Of a stretch of 32,000 nucleotides of DNA, positions 15,600 to 23,739 are shown piece by piece. The stretch's first letter is position 1, and every line of letters begins with the position of its first letter. Position numbers and translations under genes: made by a program. The notes under the pieces are model-generated. The model was not told the origin of the DNA and did not search any database. It saw only the letters and a list, made by a program, of their open reading frames with translations. The stretch is from Rhodobacter capsulatus SB 1003 (GTDB lineage Bacteria; Pseudomonadota; Alphaproteobacteria; Rhodobacterales; Rhodobacteraceae), in contig NC_014034.1 in the NCBI RefSeq assembly GCF_000021865.1, positions 330,001 to 362,000 on the forward strand, read 5' to 3'.

Positions 15600-16280
15600 A
15601 TGTCCGCGGGGCGTATCGAAAGAACGGTCGTGTCCGGTCAAGCCGGATGGGTGAAGCGCGTCGAACAGGTCGGGCTGCGGTTGCGGCTGCAAAAGGGCGA
15701 CCCGCGGCGGCTGTTCGAGGCCGAGCGGCGGGCCTATCTGAGCTTGCAGGACGCGCATCTGCCGTTTCCGAAAGTGCTGGCCGAGGGGCCGGATCATTTC
15801 ATTCTGGCCGATGCCGGGCCGACCTTGCGCAGCCTGCTGCGGGCCTCCGGGCCCGAGGCGCCCGAGGTGCGCCGCGCGCTGGTGGCCGGGGCCACCGCGC
15901 TGGCGCGGCTGCATGAGGCGGGCTACAGCCACGGGCGGCCGAACCTGTGCGACATCTGCTGGAAGGACGGGCAGATCACCTTCATCGATCTGGAGAAATA
16001 CCGTCCGCGCCACAACACGCCCGGCGGCCATGTCTGGGATCTTTTGATCTTCTTCTTCGATCTGTGCGCCGAGACCGGCCGGATCGATGCCGCCGTGCTT
16101 TCCGCCCGCGACGCTTACCGCGCGGCGGACAGCAAGGGGATCTGGCCCGCGGCGGTGCGGCGGATGCGGCTCTTGCGCCCGGCTTTGACGCTGCTGACGT
16201 GGCTGACCCGGCCGCTGCGGCACAAGCGCGACTTCCGCGCCCTTGCCCCGCTCCTGACGCTGTTTGCCGATCCGCGCTGA
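15600..16280 (+). CDS. Protein-kinase-like fold protein (Kdo/WaaP LPS-kinase family-like) with an atypical catalytic loop, inserted between rplP and rpmC
   Basis: ATG 15600 follows the SD GGAGGGAAG; the alternative ATG is at 15573. Kinase-like landmarks are WVKRVE (Lys), FEAERRAY (Glu), LHEAGYSHGRPNLCDICW (catalytic-loop position) and FIDLEKY (DFG-equivalent Asp). GC and codon style match the host. Confidence 0.5.
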   Translation: MSAGRIERTVVSGQAGWVKRVEQVGLRLRLQKGDPRRLFEAERRAYLSLQDAHLPFPKVLAEGPDHFILADAGPTLRSLLRASGPEAPEVRRALVAGATALARLHEAGYSHGRPNLCDICWKDGQITFIDLEKYRPRHNTPGGHVWDLLIFFFDLCAETGRIDAAVLSARDAYRAADSKGIWPAAVRRMRLLRPALTLLTWLTRPLRHKRDFRALAPLLTLFADPR

Positions 16281-16456
16281 GGCCGCCTGCATTCGGGGCT
16301 TGCCCCGCGGGGCGCTTTCCTGTAGGCAGCGGCATCCGCGCGCCGGTCCCTTCGGGAATCGGCCGTGGCTGACATAACCCACCGGACCACGGGTCACCCC
16401 AAGCGTGCAGCCTGCACCCAAGCGGGGCCTTCCGGTGCCAGACAAGGAACCATGGG

Positions 16457-16657
16457 ATGAAAGCCCAAGATCTCAAGGCGAAGACGCCTGACGAGCTTCG
16501 CGACGCGCTTGTCGCGCTCAAGAAGGAAGCCTTCAACCTCCGCTTCCAGGCCGCCACCAACCAGCTGGAAAACACCGCCCGCATGCGCGCCGTCCGTCGT
16601 GACGTCGCCCGTGTCAAAACGGTGCTGAACCAAAAAGCTGCTGAAGCCGCGAAGTAA
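16457..16657 (+). CDS. rpmC: 50S ribosomal protein L29
   Basis: [31 protein letters not shown]... 66 aa. Confidence 0.95.
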   Translation: MKAQDLKAKTPDELRDALVALKKEAFNLRFQAATNQLENTARMRAVRRDVARVKTVLNQKAAEAAK

Positions 16658-16668
16658 GGAGACTTCCG

Positions 16669-16902
16669 ATGCCCAAACGTATCCTTCAAGGGGTCGTGAC
16701 CTCGGACAAGAACGATCAGACGATCACTGTCCTCGTGGAACGCCGCTTCAAGCATCCGCTGCTGCAAAAAACGGTGCGGAAATCGAAGAAATACCGCGCG
16801 CATGACGCGCTGAACCAGTTCAAGACCGGCGACACCGTCCGCATCGAGGAATGTGCGCCGATCTCGAAGACGAAACGCTGGACGGTCGTCGTCGAGGCCT
16901 GA
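16669..16902 (+). CDS. rpsQ: 30S ribosomal protein S17
   Basis: [31 protein letters not shown]... 77 aa. Confidence 0.96.
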   Translation: MPKRILQGVVTSDKNDQTITVLVERRFKHPLLQKTVRKSKKYRAHDALNQFKTGDTVRIEECAPISKTKRWTVVVEA

Positions 16903-16992
16903 GGAAACTCGGGCCCGGCGATGAACGCACAGTTCATCGAAACCCTGGGACGGCTACCTGCATAGACGTTCCCAAAGGTCGGGAGTAACAAC

Positions 16993-17361
16993 ATGATCCA
17001 GATGCAGACCAATCTGGATGTCGCTGACAACTCCGGCGCGCGCCGGGTGCAGTGCATCAAGGTTCTGGGCGGGTCGCACCGCCGCTACGCATCCGTGGGC
17101 GACATCATCGTGGTGTCGGTCAAGGAGGCGATTCCGAAAGGCCGCGTGAAGAAAGGGGACGTCCGCAAGGCCGTCGTCGTTCGCACCGCCAAGGAAGTCC
17201 GTCGCGAAGATGGCACCGCCATCCGCTTCGACCGCAACGCCGCCGTCATCCTGAACAACCAGGGCGAACCGGTCGGCACCCGTATCTTCGGGCCGGTCGT
17301 TCGCGAACTGCGCGCGAAGAACTTCATGAAGATCATCTCGCTTGCGCCGGAGGTGCTGTGA
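16993..17361 (+). CDS. rplN: 50S ribosomal protein L14
   Basis: [28 protein letters not shown]... 122 aa. Confidence 0.97.
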   Translation: MIQMQTNLDVADNSGARRVQCIKVLGGSHRRYASVGDIIVVSVKEAIPKGRVKKGDVRKAVVVRTAKEVRREDGTAIRFDRNAAVILNNQGEPVGTRIFGPVVRELRAKNFMKIISLAPEVL

Positions 17362-17669
17362 TGGCTGCGAAACTCCGCAAGGGCGACAAGGTCGTCGTGC
17401 TGACCGGCAAGGACAAGGGCAAGCAAGGTGAAATCACCGCTGTCATGCCCAAGGACAACAAGGCGATCGTCGACGGCGTGAACATGGCGATCCGCCATCA
17501 GCGTCAGACCGCGACCGCTCAGGGCGGCCGCACGCCGAAGGCGATGCCGATCGACCTGTCGAACCTCTCGCTGATCGACGCGAACGGCAAGGCGACCCGC
17601 GTCGGCTTCCGCATCGAGGCCGATGGCACCAAGGTCCGTTTTGCCAAGACCACCGGGGAGGCGATCTGA
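17361..17669 (+). CDS. rplX: 50S ribosomal protein L24
   Basis: [23 protein letters not shown]... at ATG 17361, which overlaps the rplN TGA by 1 nt. The track start at 17052 is an out-of-context extension inside rplN. Confidence 0.94.
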   Translation: MAAKLRKGDKVVVLTGKDKGKQGEITAVMPKDNKAIVDGVNMAIRHQRQTATAQGGRTPKAMPIDLSNLSLIDANGKATRVGFRIEADGTKVRFAKTTGEAI

Positions 17670-18226
17670 TGCTCGACCAAGCCACCTATACCCCGCGTCT
17701 GAAGGCGCTTTATGCCGCCTCGATCCGCGCTGCGATGAAAGAGCAGTTCGGCTACAATAACGACATGCAGATCCCCCGGATCGAAAAGATCGTTCTGAAC
17801 ATGGGCGTCGGCGAAGCCGTCAAGGACACCAAGAAAGTCAAGCAAGCCGCCGAGGAGCTGACGCTCATCGCCGGTCAGAAGGCTGTCATCACCAAGGCCA
17901 AGAACTCGATCGCCGGGTTCCGCGTCCGTGAAGAGATGCCGCTGGGCTGCAAGGTGACCCTGCGCGGTGACCGGATGTATGAATTCCTCGACCGTCTGAT
18001 CAACATCGCCCTGCCGCGCGTGCGCGACTTCCGCGGTGTGAAACCGGCGTTCGACGGCCGCGGCAACTTTGCGATGGGTCTCAAGGAACATATCGTGTTC
18101 CCGGAGATCGATTTCGACAAGGTCGACGAAGTGCTGGGGATGGACATCATCATCTGCACCTCGACCCAGGTCGATGCCGAAGCGAAGGCGCTGTTGAAAG
18201 CCTTCAACATGCCTTTCAACGCCTGA
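17669..18226 (+). CDS. rplE: 50S ribosomal protein L5
   Basis: 185 aa with ...[15 protein letters not shown]..., and a 1-nt overlap with the rplX stop. Confidence 0.96.
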   Translation: MLDQATYTPRLKALYAASIRAAMKEQFGYNNDMQIPRIEKIVLNMGVGEAVKDTKKVKQAAEELTLIAGQKAVITKAKNSIAGFRVREEMPLGCKVTLRGDRMYEFLDRLINIALPRVRDFRGVKPAFDGRGNFAMGLKEHIVFPEIDFDKVDEVLGMDIIICTSTQVDAEAKALLKAFNMPFNA

Positions 18227-18241
18227 TCGCGGAGAGAATTT

Positions 18242-18547
18242 ATGGCCAAGAAATCCATGGTTGAACGCGAAGTGAAGCGCGCCAAGCTGGTGAAGCAATT
18301 CGCCAACAAGCGCGCCTCGCTCAAGGCGATCATCGAAGATCAGTCCCGCCCGATGGAAGAGCGCTTCAAGGCGACTCTGAAACTGGCGGAACTCCCCCGC
18401 AACTCGTCGGCCGTGCGTCTGCACAACCGTTGCCAACTGACCGGCCGTCCCCATGCTTACTACCGTAAGCTCAAACTCTCGCGGATCATGCTGCGTGACC
18501 TGGCCTCGTTCGGCCAGATCCCCGGCATGGTGAAGTCGAGCTGGTAA
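18242..18547 (+). CDS. rpsN: 30S ribosomal protein S14 (long, non-zinc form)
   Basis: [17 protein letters not shown]...GMVKSSW, 101 aa. Confidence 0.96.
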   Translation: MAKKSMVEREVKRAKLVKQFANKRASLKAIIEDQSRPMEERFKATLKLAELPRNSSAVRLHNRCQLTGRPHAYYRKLKLSRIMLRDLASFGQIPGMVKSSW

Positions 18548-18559
18548 GGGAGACCGGGA

Positions 18560-18958
18560 ATGTCCATGAACGATCCCCTCGGCGATATGCTGACCCGCAT
18601 CCGCAACGCGCAACTGCGCGGCAAGTCCACCGTGAAAACCCCGGCGTCGAAACTGCGCGCCTGGGTGCTCGATGTGCTTGCGTCGGAAGGCTACATCCGT
18701 GGCTATGAGAAAACGACCTCGACCGACGGCCATCCGGAGCTCGAGATCAGCCTGAAGTACTTCGAAGGCACCCCGGTGATCCGCGAAATCCATCGCGTGT
18801 CGAAACCGGGCCGCCGGGTCTATGCTTCGGTCAAGGAAATCCCGTCGGTCCGCAACGGCCTCGGTGTTTCGATCGTCTCCACGCCGAAAGGCGTCATGAC
18901 GGACGCGGCCGCACGCACTGCCAATGTCGGCGGTGAAGTGCTCTGCACCGTGTTCTAA
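18560..18958 (+). CDS. rpsH: 30S ribosomal protein S8
   Basis: [17 protein letters not shown]... 132 aa. Confidence 0.96.
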   Translation: MSMNDPLGDMLTRIRNAQLRGKSTVKTPASKLRAWVLDVLASEGYIRGYEKTTSTDGHPELEISLKYFEGTPVIREIHRVSKPGRRVYASVKEIPSVRNGLGVSIVSTPKGVMTDAAARTANVGGEVLCTVF

Positions 18959-18968
18959 GGAGGGAAGC

Positions 18969-19502
18969 ATGTCTCGTATCGGCAAGAAACCGGTCGAAAT
19001 GCCCAAGGGCGTCAGCGCGACGCTTTCGGGTCAGACCATCGAAGTGAAGGGGCCGAAAGGCACCCGCAGCTTCACCGCCACCGACGACGTGACGGTTGCT
19101 CTCGACGGCTCGACCGTCACCGTGACCCCGCGCGGCACTTCCAAACGTGCCCGCCAGCAATGGGGCATGGTGCGTTCGATGATCGAGAACCTCGCCATCG
19201 GCGTCTCCACCGGCTTCAAGAAAGAGCTTGAAATTCAAGGCGTGGGTTACCGCGCCGCGATGCAGGGCAATGTTCTGAAGCTCTCGCTCGGTTATTCGCA
19301 CGAAGTCAACTTCGAGGCCCCGGCCGGTGTCACCATCGCCACCCCGAAGCAGACCGAAATCACCATCGAAGGCATCGACCAGCAGCTGGTCGGCCAGGTG
19401 GCCGCGAACATCCGCGAATGGCGTCGTCCCGAGCCCTACAAGGGCAAAGGGATCCGCTACAAGGGCGAGTTCATCTTCCGCAAGGAAGGCAAGAAGAAGT
19501 AA
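18969..19502 (+). CDS. rplF: 50S ribosomal protein L6
   Basis: [15 protein letters not shown]... at ATG 18969, following the SD AAGGAGGGAAG. The track start at 18924 overlaps rpsH. Confidence 0.95.
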   Translation: MSRIGKKPVEMPKGVSATLSGQTIEVKGPKGTRSFTATDDVTVALDGSTVTVTPRGTSKRARQQWGMVRSMIENLAIGVSTGFKKELEIQGVGYRAAMQGNVLKLSLGYSHEVNFEAPAGVTIATPKQTEITIEGIDQQLVGQVAANIREWRRPEPYKGKGIRYKGEFIFRKEGKKK

Positions 19503-19516
19503 GGGGCGCGAGAACA

Positions 19517-19876
19517 ATGGCGAACAAGAAGAGAGAGCTGTTCCTCAAACGCCGCCTGCGCGTCCGGAACAAACTGAAGGCGATGGCCAATGGCCGCGCC
19601 CGTCTGTCGGTGCATCGCTCGTCGAAGAACATCAGCGTCCAGCTGATCGACGACGTCAAAGGCGTGACGATTGCTGCGGCGTCGACTCTGGAAAAAGAGT
19701 TCGGCCTCGTCGGCAAGAACAACGTCGAAGCGGCCACCAAGATCGGTGCCGCGATCGCCGAGCGTGCGAAGAAAGCCGGTGTCGAAGAATGCTACTTCGA
19801 CCGTGGCGGCTTCCTGTTCCACGGGAAGATCAAGGCTCTGGCCGACGCAGCCCGCGAAGGCGGTCTGAAGTTCTGA
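19517..19876 (+). CDS. rplR: 50S ribosomal protein L18
   Basis: [20 protein letters not shown]... at ATG 19517. The track start at 19418 lies inside rplF. Confidence 0.95.
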   Translation: MANKKRELFLKRRLRVRNKLKAMANGRARLSVHRSSKNISVQLIDDVKGVTIAAASTLEKEFGLVGKNNVEAATKIGAAIAERAKKAGVEECYFDRGGFLFHGKIKALADAAREGGLKF

Positions 19877-19990
19877 GCCTGGTGGGGGGCTGTGCAGCCC
19901 TCCCGATGATCCGGGGGCGGTCCCTTTGGGGCTGCCCACCTGGATTGGTATAACGGCGTGGACCCACGCCATTCACGAAAGGAATGCCTG

Positions 19991-20551
19991 ATGGCAGAAC
20001 GTGAAAACCGCCGGGAGCGTCGCGCTGAGCGCGAAGAGACCCCGGAATTCGCCGATCGTCTGGTTGCGATCAACCGCGTGTCGAAAACCGTGAAGGGTGG
20101 TAAGCGCTTCGGTTTCGCCGCGCTCGTCGTCGTCGGTGACCAGCGCGGTCGCGTCGGCTTCGGCAAGGGCAAGGCCAAGGAAGTGCCGGAAGCGATCCGC
20201 AAGGCTACGGAACAGGCGAAACGCTCGCTGATCCGCGTGCCGCTGCGCGATGGCCGCACCCTGCACCATGACATCGAAGGCCGTCACGGCGCGGGCAAGG
20301 TGGTGATGCGGACGGCTCCGGCCGGGACCGGGATCATCGCCGGTGGTCCGATGCGCGCTGTCTTCGAGATGCTGGGCGTACAGGACGTGGTCGCGAAGTC
20401 GATCGGGTCGCAAAACCCCTACAACATGATCCGCGCGACCATCGACGGTCTGAAACTGGAAGCCTCGCCCCGCAACGTCGCGGCGCGTCGCGGCAAGAAA
20501 GTGGCCGACATCCTGCCGAAGACCGCCGCTGACGCGGCCGTCGAAGCCTGA
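19991..20551 (+). CDS. rpsE: 30S ribosomal protein S5
   Basis: [11 protein letters not shown]...[27 protein letters not shown]... at ATG 19991, following GAAAGGAA. The alternative upstream start is at 19958. Confidence 0.93.
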   Translation: MAERENRRERRAEREETPEFADRLVAINRVSKTVKGGKRFGFAALVVVGDQRGRVGFGKGKAKEVPEAIRKATEQAKRSLIRVPLRDGRTLHHDIEGRHGAGKVVMRTAPAGTGIIAGGPMRAVFEMLGVQDVVAKSIGSQNPYNMIRATIDGLKLEASPRNVAARRGKKVADILPKTAADAAVEA

Positions 20552-20563
20552 GGAGTGTGAAAG

Positions 20564-20755
20564 ATGGCGAAGAAAACCATCGTCGTGCAACAGGTGGCCT
20601 CGGCCGCCCGTCGTCCGGCCATCCAGACCGCGACCCTCAAGGGTCTGGGCCTGAACAAGATCCGCCGCACCCGTGAGCTGGAAGACACTCCGGCCGTCCG
20701 TGGCATGGTCAACAAGATCTCGCACCTGGTGAAGATCATCGAAGAGCGCGGCTGA
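20564..20755 (+). CDS. rpmD: 50S ribosomal protein L30
   Basis: [33 protein letters not shown]... 63 aa. Confidence 0.95.
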   Translation: MAKKTIVVQQVASAARRPAIQTATLKGLGLNKIRRTRELEDTPAVRGMVNKISHLVKIIEERG

Positions 20756-20777
20756 GCGTCCTTCGCAAGAATTGAGG

Positions 20778-20808
20778 AACGCCCCGGGTATCCCCCGGGG
20801 CGTTTTTC
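20778..20808 (+). terminator. Intrinsic terminator-like hairpin after rpmD, inside the spc operon
   Basis: 11-bp stem AACGCCCCGGG (20778-20788) / CCCGGGGCGTT (20794-20804) with loop TATCC and a T-run at 20803-20807. Confidence 0.7.
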
Positions 20809-20838
20809 GTTTAGGACGGTGGGGCAACCAAGGAGGCG

Positions 20839-21177
20839 ATGATGGACCTGAAGCAGCAGAAGGCCGAGACCGAACAGGTGTTTCGGGAAATCCAGTCGAT
20901 GGAATCGCTGCCTGAGAAGGCCTGCATCAACTTCCAGTTCGTCACCGACGAGCCGAAGGCCGACTGGGACGGCTTTACCGAAGCCGCCGAAGCCGCGGGC
21001 TACACGGTCGAATGGTATGAGGCCGATGACGAGGACGACGAGGATTGCCTTGAAATCACCACCGGGCCGGTGGTGCTGACCTTTGAAAACCTCTGGGCCG
21101 AGGAAGAAAAGCTGACCCTGATGGCGGCGATCTACGGGTTTATCGCGGACGGCTGGGGGTTCTTCGAAGAGGAGTGA
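20839..21177 (+). CDS. Small acidic protein resembling RraB (regulator of ribonuclease activity B / RNase E inhibitor family)
   Basis: 112 aa. The SD AGGAGG (20831-20836) favours ATG 20842, with 20839 also possible. It aligns by eye to my recollection of E. coli RraB: ...AAEAAGYTVEW..., an acidic run, then ...LMAAIYGFIADGWGFFEEE (compare KLGYEV ... KFDVEYDGWGTYFED). Confidence 0.55.
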   Translation: MMDLKQQKAETEQVFREIQSMESLPEKACINFQFVTDEPKADWDGFTEAAEAAGYTVEWYEADDEDDEDCLEITTGPVVLTFENLWAEEEKLTLMAAIYGFIADGWGFFEEE

Positions 21178-21188
21178 CCGTGCCGACA

Positions 21189-21199
21189 GGTCGGGCGCA
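21189..21199 (+). repeat. 11-bp direct repeat GGTCGGGCGCA, copy 1
   Basis: An identical 11-mer recurs at 21256-21266. The 56 nt between the copies are very AT-rich. Confidence 0.6.
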
Positions 21200-21255
21200 C
21201 TGAATAGACTATCAAGTGCGGCTCTCAAGAGATTTAGATGAGGTCTATATGTAGT

Positions 21256-21266
21256 GGTCGGGCGCA
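21256..21266 (+). repeat. 11-bp direct repeat GGTCGGGCGCA, copy 2
   Basis: Identical to 21189-21199. Confidence 0.6.
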
Positions 21267-21322
21267 AGTCTTGGCGCTATATTGTGTCTTTGCGCTCCCG
21301 TTATTTGCTCTGACGACACACA

Positions 21323-21425
21323 CGAGTGGCTTATGGCACGGACTGCCAGTTGCCTTGGGGTTGCCACTCGCTGTAGAATTGAGGCTCTGGGGGAGGGACA
21401 CACTATAACGAGGAGTGTGTCCTTT
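21323..21425 (+). ncRNA. Candidate structured RNA: two hairpins, the second followed by TTT
   Basis: CGAGTGGC (21323-21330) pairs with GCCACTCG (21363-21370) and encloses GGCA-cggac-TGCC. GGACACACT (21396-21404) pairs with AGTGTGTCC (21414-21422), then TTTGG follows. There is no coding potential and no known family is recognised. Confidence 0.2.
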
Positions 21426-21450
21426 GGTCTCTGAAGCGAATCCCAGCCTT

Positions 21451-21627
21451 ATGGAACTGCTAATCGAGTCGGTTGCGCAGGCGGACCTGTCTTTCTGGTT
21501 CGTCAGCGGGAAGGGCCTTGGCGCGATTCTTCTGACGATGATCGCGATAGTTTTCCTGACGCGACCTAGATCGTCGATTGCTATGATTGTTTCTGTGGCT
21601 CAGGCGGTCTTCTCTCTGAAAAAGTGA
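21451..21627 (+). CDS. Hypothetical small hydrophobic protein (58 aa from the ATG; 70 aa from GTG 21415)
   Basis: MELLIESVAQADLSFWFVSGKGLGAILLTMIAIVFLTRPRSSIAMIVSVAQAVFSLKK has one clear TM-like segment. It has no SD and its codon usage is atypical, low-GC for this window. It may be a gene remnant or may not be translated. Confidence 0.25.
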   Translation: MELLIESVAQADLSFWFVSGKGLGAILLTMIAIVFLTRPRSSIAMIVSVAQAVFSLKK

Positions 21628-21663
21628 CGGCGTTGGCACTTCTTCCTGCCGCCACCTAAGCAC

Positions 21664-21692
21664 TTGCTCGGCACGCTGGTTGCGTCTATACG
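21664..21692 (+). promoter_or_regulatory. Weak candidate promoter for rplO-secY-adk (TTGCTC-N17-TATACG)
   Basis: TTGCTC at 21664-21669, a 17-nt spacer, and TATACG at 21687-21692. It resembles the TTGACA-N17-TATAGC pattern at rpsL. Confidence 0.3.
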
Positions 21693-21783
21693 CCCCCGGT
21701 GGCCCAGCCACAGACTCAACAAGAAACACCGTGTGTGCCCTGGTTTCGCTTCCGGGGGCATCTTCCGGCAAAGGAGAAGCGAC

Positions 21784-22254
21784 ATGAAACTTCATGAAAT
21801 CCGCGACAACGCGGGTGCTGCCAAGAAATCCAAACGCGTTGCGCGTGGTCCGGGTTCGGGCAAGGGCAAAACCGCCGGCCGCGGGATCAAAGGTCAGAAA
21901 TCGCGTTCGGGCGTCGCTCTGGGCGGCTACGAAGGCGGTCAGATGCCGCTTTACCGGCGTCTGCCGAAGCGTGGCTTCAACAAGCCGAACCGCAAGGCCT
22001 TCGCCGTCGTCAACCTCGGCCTGATCGAGAAATTCATCGGCCTTGGCAAGCTCGACGCCTCGGCGCCGATCACCGATGACATCCTGGTGGCCGCCGGTCT
22101 GACCTCGCGCAAGCGCGACGGCATCCGCGTTCTCGCCAAGGGCGAAATCACCACCAAGGTCACGCTGGTCGTGACCGGCGCTTCTGCCGCGGCCGTCGAA
22201 GCCGTCGCGAAAGCCGGTGGCACGCTGACCGTTGCTGCGGCCGCCGCCGAATAA
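21784..22254 (+). CDS. rplO: 50S ribosomal protein L15
   Basis: [39 protein letters not shown]... at ATG 21784, following the SD AAAGGAGAAG. The track start at 21664 is an extension. Confidence 0.95.
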   Translation: MKLHEIRDNAGAAKKSKRVARGPGSGKGKTAGRGIKGQKSRSGVALGGYEGGQMPLYRRLPKRGFNKPNRKAFAVVNLGLIEKFIGLGKLDASAPITDDILVAAGLTSRKRDGIRVLAKGEITTKVTLVVTGASAAAVEAVAKAGGTLTVAAAAAE

Positions 22255-22357
22255 TCGGTTGTGAACGGGCCTTGGCCCGCTTACATAGGCAACAGTTTTC
22301 CAGGCGCCGCCGACCGGGGAACGGTCTGGCGGCGCTTCTCGCATGAAAGAGACGGGC

Positions 22358-23728
22358 ATGGCATCTGCTGCAGAGCAAATGGCGGCGAACCTGAGCTGGT
22401 CGGCCTTCGGCAAGGCCACCGACCTCAGGGCGCGCATCTTCTTCACCATCGGGCTGCTGATCATCTACCGGCTCGGCACCTACATTCCGGTGCCCGGCAT
22501 CGACGCCGACGCGCTGCGCGACTTCATGGAACGGGCCTCGCAGGGGATCGGCGGCATGCTGTCGATGTTCACCGGCGGCGCATTGGGGCGGATGGGCGTC
22601 TTCGCGCTTGGGATCATGCCCTATATCTCGGCCTCGATCATCGTGCAGCTGATGACGGCGCTGGTCCCCGCGCTGGAACAGATGAAGAAGGAAGGCGAGC
22701 AGGGCCGCAAGAAGATCAACCAGATCACCCGTTATTCGACGGTGGGGCTGGCGACCTTCCAGGCCTGGGGTCTGGCCACCAGCCTTTACAACGGCGGCAT
22801 GGCCACCGATGCGGTGCCGCATCTGTTCTTCATCGTCTCGGTCGTGGTGACGCTGGTCGGCGGCACGATGTTCCTGATGTGGCTGGGCGAGCAGATCACC
22901 GCGCGCGGCATCGGCAACGGCGTCTCGCTGATCATCTTCGTCGGCATCGTCGCGGAAATCCCGGCGGCGGCGGCCTCGTTCTTCGCGCAGGGCCGGGCGG
23001 CGGGCAACAGCTCGATCCCCGTCACCATCGGCGTGCTGGTGATGATGATCGCGGTCATCGCCTTTGTCGTCTTCATGGAACGGGCGCTGCGCAAGATCCA
23101 CATTCAATATCCGCGCCGTCAGGTGGGGATGAAGATCTATGACGGCAGCTCCTCGCATCTGCCGATCAAGGTCAACCCGGCGGGCGTGATCCCGGCGATC
23201 TTCGCCTCGTCGCTGCTGCTTCTGCCGACCACGATCTCGACCTTCTCGGGCGACAACACCGGCCCGATCATGTCGACGATCCTCGCTTATTTCGGTCCGG
23301 GGCAGCCGCTTTATCTGGCCTTCTATGCCGGGATGATCGTCTTCTTCGCCTATTTCTACACCGCGAACGTCACCTTCAAATCCGACGAAGTGGCGGACAA
23401 CCTGAAGAATCAGGGCGGCTTCATTCCGGGCATCCGGCCGGGCAAGAAGACCGAAGACTACCTCGACTATGTCGTGGCCCGCATTCTGGTGATCGGTTCC
23501 GCCTATCTGGCGCTGGTTTGCCTGCTGCCCACGATCCTGCAGACGGAACTGGGCGTTCCGTTCTACTTCGGCGGGACTTCGGTGCTGATCGTGGTCTCGG
23601 TGACGATGGACACGATCAACCAGGTTCAATCGCATCTTCTGGCGCATCAATACGAGGGGCTCATCGAGCGGTCTCAGCTGCGCGGCAAACGCAAATCGGC
23701 CACGAAGAAGGCGCCCACGCGGCGCTGA
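22358..23728 (+). CDS. secY: Preprotein translocase subunit SecY
   Basis: Multi-TM protein ...[28 protein letters not shown].... ATG 22358 has AAGAGA upstream. The alternative ATG is at 22343. Confidence 0.93.
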   Translation: MASAAEQMAANLSWSAFGKATDLRARIFFTIGLLIIYRLGTYIPVPGIDADALRDFMERASQGIGGMLSMFTGGALGRMGVFALGIMPYISASIIVQLMTALVPALEQMKKEGEQGRKKINQITRYSTVGLATFQAWGLATSLYNGGMATDAVPHLFFIVSVVVTLVGGTMFLMWLGEQITARGIGNGVSLIIFVGIVAEIPAAAASFFAQGRAAGNSSIPVTIGVLVMMIAVIAFVVFMERALRKIHIQYPRRQVGMKIYDGSSSHLPIKVNPAGVIPAIFASSLLLLPTTISTFSGDNTGPIMSTILAYFGPGQPLYLAFYAGMIVFFAYFYTANVTFKSDEVADNLKNQGGFIPGIRPGKKTEDYLDYVVARILVIGSAYLALVCLLPTILQTELGVPFYFGGTSVLIVVSVTMDTINQVQSHLLAHQYEGLIERSQLRGKRKSATKKAPTRR

Positions 23729-23739
23729 GGGAGGAAAGC

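Larger units (their letters stand above)
21178..21660. other. Low-GC, stop-rich islet between the RraB-like gene and rplO
   Basis: My hand count in 60-nt blocks gives about 47-60% GC (mostly ~53%), and the flanking genes look clearly GC-richer by eye. All frames are closed over 21180-21415. Confidence 0.6.

Noticed and set aside
16903-16992. The rpsQ-rplN spacer, considered as the spc operon promoter as in E. coli.
   Set aside because: It contains no TTGAC-like -35 with a suitably spaced -10. Only a small hairpin, GATGAAC-GCACA-GTTCATC (16920-16938), is present, so I make no promoter call.
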